From positions 24,931 to 88,930 of the forward strand of contig CAVOPD010000016.1 in the NCBI GenBank assembly GCA_963697745.1: DNA of 64,000 nt, read 5' to 3'. Below the pieces are notes generated by a model. It saw only the letters and a program-made list of their open reading frames with translations. It searched no databases and had not been told where the DNA came from. This DNA comes from an uncultured Acidobacteriota bacterium. Its GTDB lineage: Bacteria; Acidobacteriota; Vicinamibacteria; Vicinamibacterales; CAVVIG01. Position numbers and translations under genes: made by a program. Shown in pieces: positions 31,229-40,628 of this stretch (position 1 is the first letter of the stretch; the number at the start of each line of letters is the position of its first letter).

Positions 31229-32266
31229 ATGCGCAGCCTCCGCCACGCGGCGCCCGTCGTCCTCGCGATCTGCTGTGCCCTTGCCGTGGCGAGACCGGCG
31301 TGGGCCGAGAAAACCGACTACATCGTGCTGGTCAACGGCGACCGGCTCACCGGCGAAGTGAAGATGTTGTCGAAGGGTCAGTTGAAGATCAGCACCGATG
31401 ACCTCGGCACTCTCTATATGGAGTGGGACAAGGTCGTGGCGATCTCCACACTGGGCACCTTCGACGTGGCGACCAGCGACGGCCAGCGCCATGTCGGACG
31501 GTTCGACGTGCCGCCGGCCGGCGGCCTGGCCCTGGTGGGTTACGACGGCAGCGTACTGACGTTCCCGTTTCTCGACGTGGTCGAGGCCGCACCCATCCGG
31601 GCGCGATTCTTCGATCGGATCGACGGGTCGGTGGACATCGGCGCCAGCTATGCGAAGTCGAGCGGCATCTCGCAGACGACGCTCGACGGGGACGCCACTT
31701 ACAGGCGGCCGTCGTTCGAGACGTCCGTGAACTTCTCATCGACGCTCAGCCAGAGTCCCGACACCGCGGATACGGCGCGCTACCTGTTGCAGTTCGGCTA
31801 CGCACGGTTTTTCGGGACCGGGTGGCGCATCCAGCCGCTCGGCATCCTCGAGCACAACAGCGATCTCGGACTGGAGCTGCGCAGCACGGCGGCGTTGGTG
31901 GTTGGGAAGTATCTGACGCGATCCAATCACGCCACGGTGCTGATGTCGGGCGGCCTGTCGGGAGGCAGCGAACGACCGGTAGACGAACCGCGCACGACGA
32001 ACGTCGACGCGATCGTGGCGCTGACCGGATCGATCTACAACTACGATTACCCGAAGACGAACGTGGACTTCGCGACCCTGATCTTTCCAGCGCTCAAGGA
32101 CCCCGGACGCGTCCGCATCAACGCGAGTGCCAGGCTGAGACGCGAGCTGCTCAAGGACCTGTTCATCTCGTTCAATGCGTACGATACGTACGACAGCCGG
32201 CCGCCGACCGAGGAGGCGAACAACAACGACGTCGGCTTCTCGCTCTCGTTCGGGTGGACGTTCTAG
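31229..32266 (+). CDS. DUF481-family outer-membrane protein
   Basis: ORF 31172..32266; ATG at 31229 gives a signal peptide. N-terminal IVLVNGDRLTGEVKMLSKGQLKISTDDLG is typical of DUF481. Ends ...FSLSFGWTF. Confidence 0.7.
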   Translation: MRSLRHAAPVVLAICCALAVARPAWAEKTDYIVLVNGDRLTGEVKMLSKGQLKISTDDLGTLYMEWDKVVAISTLGTFDVATSDGQRHVGRFDVPPAGGLALVGYDGSVLTFPFLDVVEAAPIRARFFDRIDGSVDIGASYAKSSGISQTTLDGDATYRRPSFETSVNFSSTLSQSPDTADTARYLLQFGYARFFGTGWRIQPLGILEHNSDLGLELRSTAALVVGKYLTRSNHATVLMSGGLSGGSERPVDEPRTTNVDAIVALTGSIYNYDYPKTNVDFATLIFPALKDPGRVRINASARLRRELLKDLFISFNAYDTYDSRPPTEEANNNDVGFSLSFGWTF

Positions 32267-32297
32267 GGAGGGCGGGTCAGGCGGGAGGTCGGGCAGC

Positions 32298-32315
32298 GCC
32301 GACCTTCAGGTCGGC
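32298..32315. terminator. Hairpin GCCGACC-TTCA-GGTCGGC between convergent DUF481 and glgX (overlaps glgX stop)
   Basis: 7-bp perfect stem seen directly. Belongs to the REP-like family. No T-tract. Confidence 0.45.
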
Positions 32316-34435
32316 CTTGCCGTCAACGGCGCCCATAAGACCACTACCGACCGCGGTGCGGCGCGATAGGTTTCGCCACGATGCGCAGCGGACTCCCGCC
32401 ACGGCCCGATATCGTCCGGCGACCCGAGCGCTGTGTCGATCCACCGTCGCCACCCGCTTCCGTCGATTGCCGGCAGCTCGAATTCCAATGGCTCCCAGTA
32501 GCCGTTGATGATCAGGTGCATCTTCAAACCGGCACGCTGTATCTCGGCACCCAACGCGAGACTATGCGCATCCACACTCCAGTCGGGGTGATCCAGCCGG
32601 ACACCGTGCCACCCCTTCGTGGCCTGATGAAGAAGATCCGTAAGGCTTATCCGCTCCTGCTGCACCGAGGCATCGCGCAACACGCGCCTCGCGATGAGGT
32701 GCCGCGTGAAACGATGGACATCGCCGTGAACACCGCGTAGCCCCCAGTCCAGCCAGCTCGTCTCGTTGTCCTGGCAGTACGCGTTGTTGTTGCCGCCCTG
32801 CGTACGCCGGACCTCATCGCCCATCTGCATCATCGGCACGCCGAGCGAGAGCATCGTCAGGGTGAGGAAGTTCTTCACCTGACGGTTGCGGAGCCGCTCC
32901 ACTTCCGGATCGTCGGTCGGTCCCTCGACTCCGCAGTTCCAGCTGCGATTGTCGTCGGTACCGTCCCGGTTGTTCTCTCCGTTCGCGTCGTTCCGCTTCT
33001 GGTTGTAGGAAACCAGGTCGTTCAGCGTGAAGCCGTCGTGACAGCTGACGAAGTTGACGCTCGCTTCGGCCTCGCGCTGCTTGTGGCCGTACACGTCGTG
33101 ACTGCCGAGCAGCCGATCGGCCACCTTGCCAACGGTCCCACTGTCGCCGCGGAGAAAGCTGCGGACGTCGTCGCGGAATCGGCCATTCCACTCCTGCCAG
33201 GCATCCCCGATGAAGCTCCCCACCTGATATAGGCCCGCCGCATCCCACGCTTCCGCGATCAGCTTCGTGCCGGCCAGAACCGGATCGGAGTCGATGTCCC
33301 AGAGCACTGGCGGATTCGGCATCGGTACGCCGGATTCGTCGCGCGAGAGAATGGACGCGAGATCGAAGCGGAAGCCGTCGACGTGCATCTCCTGCACCCA
33401 GTAGCGCAAGCTGTCGACAATCAGCCTCCGCACAATCGGGTGGTTGGCGTTCAGCGTGTTTCCCGTACCGGTGTAGTTCAGATAACGCGACCGATCGCCG
33501 GGCTCGTGCAGGTAGTACGCGTGGTTCTCGAGCCCGCGGAAGCACAGCGTCGGCCCGCGTTCGTCTCCTTCCGCTGTGTGGTTGAACACGACGTCGAGGA
33601 TGACTTCGATCCCGGCTCGGTGCAGCGCCTTCACCATGTCGCGGAATTCGTCCACCGGCCCCAGTGGGTCCTGACGCGAGCTGTACCCCTGGTGCGGCGC
33701 GAAAAATGACACCGGCGAGTAGCCCCAGTAGTTCACGCGTCCGGGCGGACAGTCCTGGGTGTCGAACTGGAAGATCGGCAGCAGTTCGACCGCTGTGACG
33801 CCAAGCTCCTGCAGATACGGAATCTTCTCGACGACACCCGCATACGTGCCGCGCGTATTCTCCGGCACCCCCGAGCTTGGATGCCGCGTGAAGCCGCGCA
33901 CGTGCATCTCGTACACAACCGTCTGCGAGGTCGAGATGCGCAGCGGAGTGTCCCCCTCCCAGTCGTAGGCGGTGGAGTTGACGACGACGCTTTTCATCGC
34001 GGTGGCGGCGTTATTGCCTTTCTCGTGCGCCGCGGTGCGGCTGTAGCCGGCGGGCGTCACCACCGCGCGGCCGTAGGGATCGAGCAGGACCTTGCCGGAA
34101 TCGAACCGCAATCCCCTGGACGGGTCGAACGGCCCGTGCGCACGATACGCGTAGATCTGCCCGGGCTGCACGCCAGGGACGAACACGTGCCAGTAGTGAT
34201 ACGTGCGGTTCGCGACCGGATTCAGACGGATCGTGCGGGTCGGCTTTCCATCCTCCGCACGTTCGAAGAGAAGCAGGTCGATCGCAACCGCACGCTTCGA
34301 GAAGAGGCTGAAGTTGACACCATCGTCAACAGGCGTGGCACCGAGCGGGGCACTGGTGCCGGCACGCATCGGCGCTTCGATCTGGCGGCGCGACACGGCG
34401 CGCCGCTCTGATACCGGTGCGGGAATGATGTCCAT
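32306..34435 (-). CDS. glgX: Glycogen debranching enzyme (isoamylase-type, GH13)
   Basis: ORF 32306..34435, intact. Motifs: GVNFSLFS, YWGYSPVSFFAPH, GIEVILDVVFNHT, DGFRFDLA. Confidence 0.9.
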   Translation of the reverse strand: MDIIPAPVSERRAVSRRQIEAPMRAGTSAPLGATPVDDGVNFSLFSKRAVAIDLLLFERAEDGKPTRTIRLNPVANRTYHYWHVFVPGVQPGQIYAYRAHGPFDPSRGLRFDSGKVLLDPYGRAVVTPAGYSRTAAHEKGNNAATAMKSVVVNSTAYDWEGDTPLRISTSQTVVYEMHVRGFTRHPSSGVPENTRGTYAGVVEKIPYLQELGVTAVELLPIFQFDTQDCPPGRVNYWGYSPVSFFAPHQGYSSRQDPLGPVDEFRDMVKALHRAGIEVILDVVFNHTAEGDERGPTLCFRGLENHAYYLHEPGDRSRYLNYTGTGNTLNANHPIVRRLIVDSLRYWVQEMHVDGFRFDLASILSRDESGVPMPNPPVLWDIDSDPVLAGTKLIAEAWDAAGLYQVGSFIGDAWQEWNGRFRDDVRSFLRGDSGTVGKVADRLLGSHDVYGHKQREAEASVNFVSCHDGFTLNDLVSYNQKRNDANGENNRDGTDDNRSWNCGVEGPTDDPEVERLRNRQVKNFLTLTMLSLGVPMMQMGDEVRRTQGGNNNAYCQDNETSWLDWGLRGVHGDVHRFTRHLIARRVLRDASVQQERISLTDLLHQATKGWHGVRLDHPDWSVDAHSLALGAEIQRAGLKMHLIINGYWEPLEFELPAIDGSGWRRWIDTALGSPDDIGPWRESAAHRGETYRAAPRSVVVLWAPLTARPT

Positions 34436-34508
34436 CTGCGCTCTTCGTCGTCGGGTCTGAAGACGGGACTACAATTCGGGGCTGAAAACCCGACGCTGCA
34501 ATTCGGGG

Positions 34509-35543
34509 CTACAGCTTGAGGCCGAAGGTATTCGACCAGCCGTAGTCGTTTCTCGACAACCCTGCCGGCGGAGTGCTGTCGAAGTTCTCGAACAGGCCGA
34601 TGCGGAAGTACCAGTCGCCGGGCAGGTTGAAGTCGAGGTCGAACTTGTAGTTGATCCGGTACCGTCCGTCGATCGTCAGGCTCGGATAGTAGGTGAAGCG
34701 CGTGACCAGGTCCGTGATCTTGAGCTTCTCGGTCATGAACTCGGTGCCGAAGTAGGCTTCGGCGGAGTCCTTCGTCAGGATCGCGACATCCGAGTAGTTC
34801 TCATTCGTCCAGGCAAGCCCGGCGCTGGCCGATAGATATTGCGAAGCAGACCGAAGCAGGTAGCGGCCACCGCCGGCGCCAATCGTCGAGCGAAGGTCGA
34901 GTCCCTGCTCGTCGCTGTTCAGGAAATCCTGAGTCGCGTTGGCATACCACCGATCGCCAATGAGATATCGGAAGTCATTCCCGAGATCCCACCGTTGCGT
35001 TTCCGGCGCGTTGGACTGGGAGCTGCTGAACACGTTGCCCAGCACCGTATCGATGACCTGCCTGTCCCGATACAGCAGGTTGCCGCCGACCGTGAGCTGC
35101 TTGGCCGAGTTCGCCTGCGTCATGCTGTAGCCGAAATCGAAACCCGCGTCGAACCTGGACCAGAAGGTGAGCTCGAAGGGCTGCATGGCCGCCAGATCCG
35201 CCAGGGCGATGCTGACAGCCCCGACCTCCACGGTCGCTTTCTTCGCCGGATCGGTCTTCAAGGGACCGTCCACACGCCTTCCGTCGAACGTCTCCAGCAG
35301 AAACTGCCGCGGACTCTCGATCGAGGCCACCTTGTCCCACTCGATCTTGAAATCGGAGTCCGAGTAGCCGGTGGACATCGTCAGCACGTCTTTCTCGAGC
35401 TTCTTGATTTCGCCGACCAGCTTTTCACCCGTCGTCGTTGTCACCACGTCGGTCTGGGCGGATGCAGCCGCCACAGTGATGAACAGCAGCAGAATCGCGA
35501 ACGCACAAACCCGATGGATACTGGACAGCATCGATGGCTCCAT
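34509..35543 (-). CDS. DUF481-family outer-membrane protein (paralogue of 31229..32266)
   Basis: ORF 34509..35543, intact. Signal peptide, then TGEKLVGEIKKLEKDVLTMSTGYSD. Ends ...SNTFGLKL. Confidence 0.7.
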   Translation of the reverse strand: MEPSMLSSIHRVCAFAILLLFITVAAASAQTDVVTTTTGEKLVGEIKKLEKDVLTMSTGYSDSDFKIEWDKVASIESPRQFLLETFDGRRVDGPLKTDPAKKATVEVGAVSIALADLAAMQPFELTFWSRFDAGFDFGYSMTQANSAKQLTVGGNLLYRDRQVIDTVLGNVFSSSQSNAPETQRWDLGNDFRYLIGDRWYANATQDFLNSDEQGLDLRSTIGAGGGRYLLRSASQYLSASAGLAWTNENYSDVAILTKDSAEAYFGTEFMTEKLKITDLVTRFTYYPSLTIDGRYRINYKFDLDFNLPGDWYFRIGLFENFDSTPPAGLSRNDYGWSNTFGLKL

Positions 35544-35588
35544 GTTGACGTGACGACGGTTCCAGGCGTGTGACTGGCTTCAGGTTAC

Positions 35589-37470
35589 TCAGGGATATTC
35601 GATGTCGTAGGTGGTGATGCGCCACCGACCGGCTTCCTTCTGCCACAGCGTGCGCAGCACCGGTGCTTCACCGGCACCGGTCAGGAACCGGATGTTCATC
35701 CCGAACACGTTGCCGTACACCTGCGGCTGATTCGCCTCGTAACGAGGGCCGTCGGCCGGAGCGGTGCAACTCGACATCTTCCCGACGCGTGTCGGGATAA
35801 CTCACCAGAGAGAACGTGCGTGACGCGCCGTGCTGCATCAGCCGGATCGCGGGGTGCGTCGGCTCTGCCGCGGTGACGATGGCGCTCAGGCGCGACACCT
35901 GGCCGGCTTCTGCGCCGACACGTTCGAAACCCGCCCGGATGAGAGGCCCGGCCTCGGCATCGGATGCGGCAGGCGGCGCTCCCGGGCTGCGATAGAGGTT
36001 GTAGCAGGCGTAGCTTTCGGACGACAGGTTCGAGAACGCCCGGTCGTAGTCCTTCCGAACGAGCCAGTCCTCGAGAAACGCCGTCGCAGCCTGCACCAGC
36101 GTGGGATCGGCAGGAATGCGAACGATGGCGGGCGTGGGAATCTGTTCCGGCGCCGGGCTCTTGTCGGCTTCCTCCTCGGCGTCGGTCTTCCACGACACAA
36201 TCTTCCAGTAGTTCTTCTCCTGCGCCCAGAGCAGTGCCACGGTTCGCCCCTTCGCACCGGCGACGTAGAAGACCGAGCCGAAGTAGTTCCCGTAACGTCG
36301 GGCGGTATTCGACGAAGCGGCGCTCACTTCTTTCGCGCAGTCGAACCGCGCCGCCACATCGTCGGGCACGGAGTAGATGACGAACTGCGGGTGATTGGGC
36401 TGGGTGACGACCTTCAGACCGGGCGCCTTCAGCCGCACGCCGAACGTGAGTCCTTCGAGCGCCGTATGTGGTCCAAGTGCGTCGTGTGCCGCTTTCAACC
36501 GGCCCATCAACTCCAGCGGTGCCATGCCTCGATCGAATGTGGCGGGGTCATCGGAGTCCGCGGCGAGGCAGGCATACGCTCGGTCCGATACGTAGCTCAT
36601 CGCAGCGGGGATATCGCCTTCGAGCAACCAGGCTTTCAGGAAGTCGCCCATCATCAGGTCGATCGTCTCCGCGCCGATGCGGGGCTGCGGCGGAATCATG
36701 ACGCTCCGGTCCCTGGGGGCGTCGGCGGGTACGGATCCCAGGTTCACACCCAGGAAGCTGCGCCACCAGCTCTGGAGGCCGCTCCAGCGCTGCGAGTGCC
36801 GGTCGTAGTTACTGCCGACGCGGACGTCCGAATTGGCGGCGCTCAGATGGCCGTTGAAGATCGAGGCTGGCAGGCTCGACGATCGGTAGTCCACGTCGAT
36901 GTCGGCATGGCGACGGTCGAGCGCCATCGAGATCTGCATCGAGGGGACGCCGCCCTGGCCGCGGTAGTTGATCGGGTAGCCCTTGTGGAAGATCGTGTTG
37001 TCGCGCACGCGCTTGAACTGCTGCGACCGATCGAGGACGCCGGTCGAGCCTTCCTTCAGCAGCACGTACATGCGGAACTGGCGATCGCCGGCGGAGCCGG
37101 GAACCTGCCCTCGTACCGCGTCGATGCGTTCGATGAGGTCAAGTCCGTCGCCGAGCGAGGCGCCGGAGCCGTCGGTCAGCGGAGTGGTCATCAGCGCGTG
37201 CGTGATGGCCTCGAACGTGGTCTTGGTCGAAAACGCGATGAAGGAATCGTAGAAGGCCACGGCCTCGACCTTCTGTCCCGACATCCTGTTGAATCGGGAC
37301 ACCCAGTCGTCCACCATGTGCTGCCGTCTCGCACCGAGACCCGCGTAGTCTCCGCCGAACTGAACCGGCGCCTGCTGCGCCGCGGCGAGCGCGGTCGCCG
37401 CGATGAGAACCGACGCCAGCACCGGCACCATCGGACGATACGTTGTTAGCCAGGACGAAGAGCCGGCCAT
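35589..37470 (-). CDS. Secreted hypothetical protein (~627 aa) with internal duplication of an NTF2-like-looking module; one frame disruption near 35.77 kb
   Basis: ORFs 35668..37470 plus 35589..35777. Signal peptide VPVLASVLIAATALAAAQQ. Repeat pair: DFLKAWLLEGD...SYVSDRAYACLA...LLWAQEKNYWKIVSWK versus AFLEDWLVRKD...NLSSESYACYNL...TLWQKEAGRWRITTYD. Confidence 0.6.
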
Positions 37471-37609
37471 CCCCCACCTTGCTGAGCATGAAAACGTTCT
37501 TGCCTTCTGGCGTTCCTCGAGCCTACGTGGGCGCGTCCCAGCTCGTGAACCGGACCATGAGTCGACAGGCTTGCTTGGGAACAGTGTAGAAGCCGGCTAA
37601 TCCCGGCGA

Positions 37610-37625
37610 CTATGCACATTCGGCA
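37610..37625 (-). promoter_or_regulatory. Conserved intergenic motif TGCCGAA-N3-GCATAG, copy upstream of the 627-aa gene
   Basis: Plus strand reads CTATGCACATTCGGCA. Lies 140 nt upstream of the start at 37470. Confidence 0.35.
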
Positions 37626-37917
37626 CAACGAGACAGCGGAACCGCCCAAGCCGCAAGGGCCGACTCGTCCTCGGCATGGAGAGATTCAGTCGTCCATCTC
37701 AGAGCGGATCGCGGGGCACGGCAACCTGGAGCCACGGCAAGCCGGGGCGCAACCGATTTAGGACGGTTGCGGGGCGGTTCCGGCTGTCATGGGACAAGGC
37801 CCGCAGGATGGCCGGCGTTGGAATCTGGTGGGAACAGAAGCCGCCGCGGAGCTGACTCAGCACGAGAGTCTGCTCGAACGGCTGCCAGCGATGTGCGTTG
37901 CCGCCTGTGCCGCTCGT

Positions 37918-38484
37918 CTATTTGGGTGCCTTGCCCGTCACGGTGGTCTCCTCGGACATTTCAGTCGTCGGCGCTTCGACAATCCTCGTCGCCGAGACCT
38001 TCATGCCCTTTCGCAGTTCTTTGACCGATGCGGGCTTGCCTTCCACCACGAAGCTGAAGGAATCGGGCACTTCGTACTCGTGGTTCGTCCCGTTTTCGAG
38101 TGTCAGAATCACGAAGTTGCCCTGCACATACCACACCGTCCCGTTTGTGAGGGTCACCGTCCGAACGGTGATGGGTTGCGTCTTGGTGATGACCGTAGCG
38201 GTGAGGGTCGTCCCGGGCTTGAGATCGCTGATGGTTTTGGTCTGTCCGTCGATGACGAACTTCCGTCCCGGCGGCGTTTCGAACAGCCGAAGCGCTCCGT
38301 CAGGCTGCATCTTGACCAGGAGCCGATTGCCGTCCACGACGACAACAGTTCCGGTCAGTTGCGCCGTGGTGACCTGAATCCCGGCCTCCGCCGCCTTGGA
38401 TTGCGTCGTCTGCTGCGCCCGCAGGCTCGTCGCCGTGGCAACGATAACCAGCAGACCGATGATGACTGCGAATCGTGACCTCAT
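37918..38484 (-). CDS. Secreted beta-rich hypothetical protein (188 aa)
   Basis: ORF 37918..38484, intact. Signal peptide MRSRFAVIIGLLVIVATATSLRAQQ. Repeated G-T-V..VD...L.V / K.GT/D..V pattern. Confidence 0.6.
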   Translation of the reverse strand: MRSRFAVIIGLLVIVATATSLRAQQTTQSKAAEAGIQVTTAQLTGTVVVVDGNRLLVKMQPDGALRLFETPPGRKFVIDGQTKTISDLKPGTTLTATVITKTQPITVRTVTLTNGTVWYVQGNFVILTLENGTNHEYEVPDSFSFVVEGKPASVKELRKGMKVSATRIVEAPTTEMSEETTVTGKAPK

Positions 38485-38647
38485 GTTCCGTCTCCTTTTG
38501 TTTCGTAGCTGCTCTCGAGGCTGCTCGGCTGGGCAGGAACAGTGCCGAGATTACCCTCCACATGTGCCAACCGTAGCCTACTGATCCATAGAACCCGGAA
38601 TTACAGGCGAGTTCCCGCCTTCTCCCGCCACGAGATGACCGCCATGT

Positions 38648-39896
38648 TCAGAACCGGATACGCGCACCGAACAGAATCGGGAGCGACCACCGCGAACTCG
38701 CGCTGTTGATGTCCCGCAGGCCCTCTTCAACCAGCCAGTCCACATCCGACAATCCGCCCAGGAAGCGGATCTGTGCCTCGCCTATCACCTCGAAGGGACC
38801 GACGCCGATGAGGAAGCCGCCGGTAGGACCGAGGCTGAAAGCCCACGACTTTTCGAAGAACTTGCCGTCCTGCGCTGCCAGGCCCGGCGTCAGATTGGCC
38901 GGCGTGTCTATGAACGTCCCGCGAATGTCCTGATGCCGATTGATTCCGACGAGGTATCCGAGGTACGGCGTGAAGCGCGTCCGGGCGAAGAACCACCGCT
39001 GGCCACCTTCGATACCCCAGTATTTGTACTCAGTGAAGAGCACATTGAGGGCAACCTGGGGGTTGGTGCCTGCCGTGCCGATCCGCGTCGCCATATCGTT
39101 GGGATCACTCTTCGAATAGACGAAATTGAAGACGCCCTCGGTGCGCGGGGTCGTCCGATAACCGACACCGAGCTTGAACATCCCCATTCGGCCGTACACG
39201 TCGTCGAAGGAGGTTTCATCCAGGTTGATTGGCACGCCCGTCGTCGTAAAGCCGGCGGACTCCTTGATCATTTTTCCGCTGAACTGGTTGTCAACGCCGA
39301 ACAGGACCGAAACAGTCAGGCGGTTCCTGAGGGTGTCGAGGGGCGCCTGAGACTGGAGAGTCACTGCCTCGGTCCTGGTGACGTCCACACGGTCCCCCAC
39401 CTTGAGGCCTGAGACGATGGCAGGATCGGTGGCGTCCAGGAGTCGCCGTGAGTAGCTGGTCCCGTTCGGTCCTGTGAATGTCACGACCTTATCGGCTGGC
39501 GACCAGCCAGTAATGGTCACCGTCGCGACCCGCTGCCTGGTTCTCGTGGCGCCTGGCAGGGCGCCTGGTGTCGCTGTCACTGCCGGTTGCACGGTCTGAT
39601 CGACCGCAGGTTCACCCGCGGGCTTAACCCGCACGCTGATGCGGTCGTAGTAGGTGGCCGTCACGGGATCGCCAACCTTGACCTGGTCGAACCGCGTGGC
39701 ATTCTCGGGTACGTCGAGCGTGGTCACAGTGCCTTGCTGCGACCGAATGGTTACCGTGCGGGCACTGTGGTCGACGGCCGCTACAGTCCCCTGGACCGTC
39801 ACCGGTACTCTCCGCCTCTCGCGTTTGCGCGGTCGAGACAGCCGGCGCCAACATCAGAAATCCTAAACAGGTGAAAAAGCGGAGTCGTCCAGCCAT
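38648..39896 (-). CDS. Outer-membrane beta-barrel with ~150-aa N-terminal periplasmic extension; one frame disruption near 39.81 kb
   Basis: ORFs 39624..39896 (signal peptide MAGRLRFFTCLGFLMLAPAVSTAQ) plus 38648..39802. The barrel is homologous to 45364..46113: both share DDVYG and the C-terminus SSRW(S/T)LP..G.R.RF. Confidence 0.65.
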
Positions 39897-40007
39897 TGAA
39901 TCTCCTCTTGGGCCGCCGGGGTGATGGTGACACTGAGGCGCCGAAGGCGAGCCTCGGAAGCCTACTTGCTGCAGAGCACGTGAGGCATCATCGGCATCGA
40001 TTCAGGC

Positions 40008-40550
40008 CTACGGCTTCTCCTTGGGCTTGGCCGGCGGATACTGCTTGAACATCTTGTCGAGGGCTTTCTGCACCTTCTTGGCGTTCTTATCCGCCTTGTC
40101 GCTCGCCGTGTCCGTCCCGGTACCTCGCCATGCCAGCTTCTTCGTGGCGGCGTCATAGATGTCGAGCACCAGCGTTCCGGTCGTATACGAGTTCACCTGC
40201 GAGGTCGTGGTGCCCATTCCGCCTCCATAGCGGTAGTAGCCGCCTCCGTAGCCGTAGCCGGTGGTGATGACTTCCTTCTCCTCTTTGGTGACGAGGTGGG
40301 TGGCGATCGCGACGTTGGGATTCGCGGCGGCTTTGGTAAAGCCGGCGGCGGCCATCCGCTTGTCGACCTCATCGTGAATACGCTGTTCGCCGAGCGGATT
40401 CGGCGACGGCGTTCCGTCGACCCAGGCGTAGGTCTTGAACTTGCCGAAATCCGCGGCCGGGTCGAAGTCCACGTTCACCTTCTGGGCGAACGCCACCGCC
40501 GGCAGCAGCACCATCGCGGTGACGGCGACTGACTTGATAAGCATCTTCAT
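40008..40550 (-). CDS. DUF4136-family periplasmic/lipoprotein-like protein
   Basis: 3' part of ORF 40008..40850; ATG at 40550 (MKMLIKSVAVTAMVLLPAVAFAQ). Contains DFGKFKTYAWV and GTLVLDIYDAATKKLAWRG. Confidence 0.7.
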   Translation of the reverse strand: MKMLIKSVAVTAMVLLPAVAFAQKVNVDFDPAADFGKFKTYAWVDGTPSPNPLGEQRIHDEVDKRMAAAGFTKAAANPNVAIATHLVTKEEKEVITTGYGYGGGYYRYGGGMGTTTSQVNSYTTGTLVLDIYDAATKKLAWRGTGTDTASDKADKNAKKVQKALDKMFKQYPPAKPKEKP

Positions 40551-40611
40551 GGTTCTCTCTCCTGGGTTACGAGTCTCTCGTTGGCAGATTAGAGAGTGCG
40601 GAGGCCACACA

Positions 40612-40628
40612 CTATGCACTTTCGGCAA
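40612..40628 (-). promoter_or_regulatory. Conserved intergenic motif TGCCGAA-N3-GCATAG, copy upstream of DUF4136 gene
   Basis: Plus strand reads CTATGCACTTTCGGCAA. Lies 62 nt upstream of the ATG at 40550. Confidence 0.35.

Noticed and set aside
37471-37917. 447-nt gene-free stretch with a GCAACCG...CGGTTGC hairpin; considered as an ncRNA or tRNA locus.
   Set aside because: No tRNA T-loop/acceptor pattern and no tmRNA, RNase P, SRP or 6S signatures that I can recognise. It contains one copy of the 17-mer motif and is most simply a promoter/leader region.
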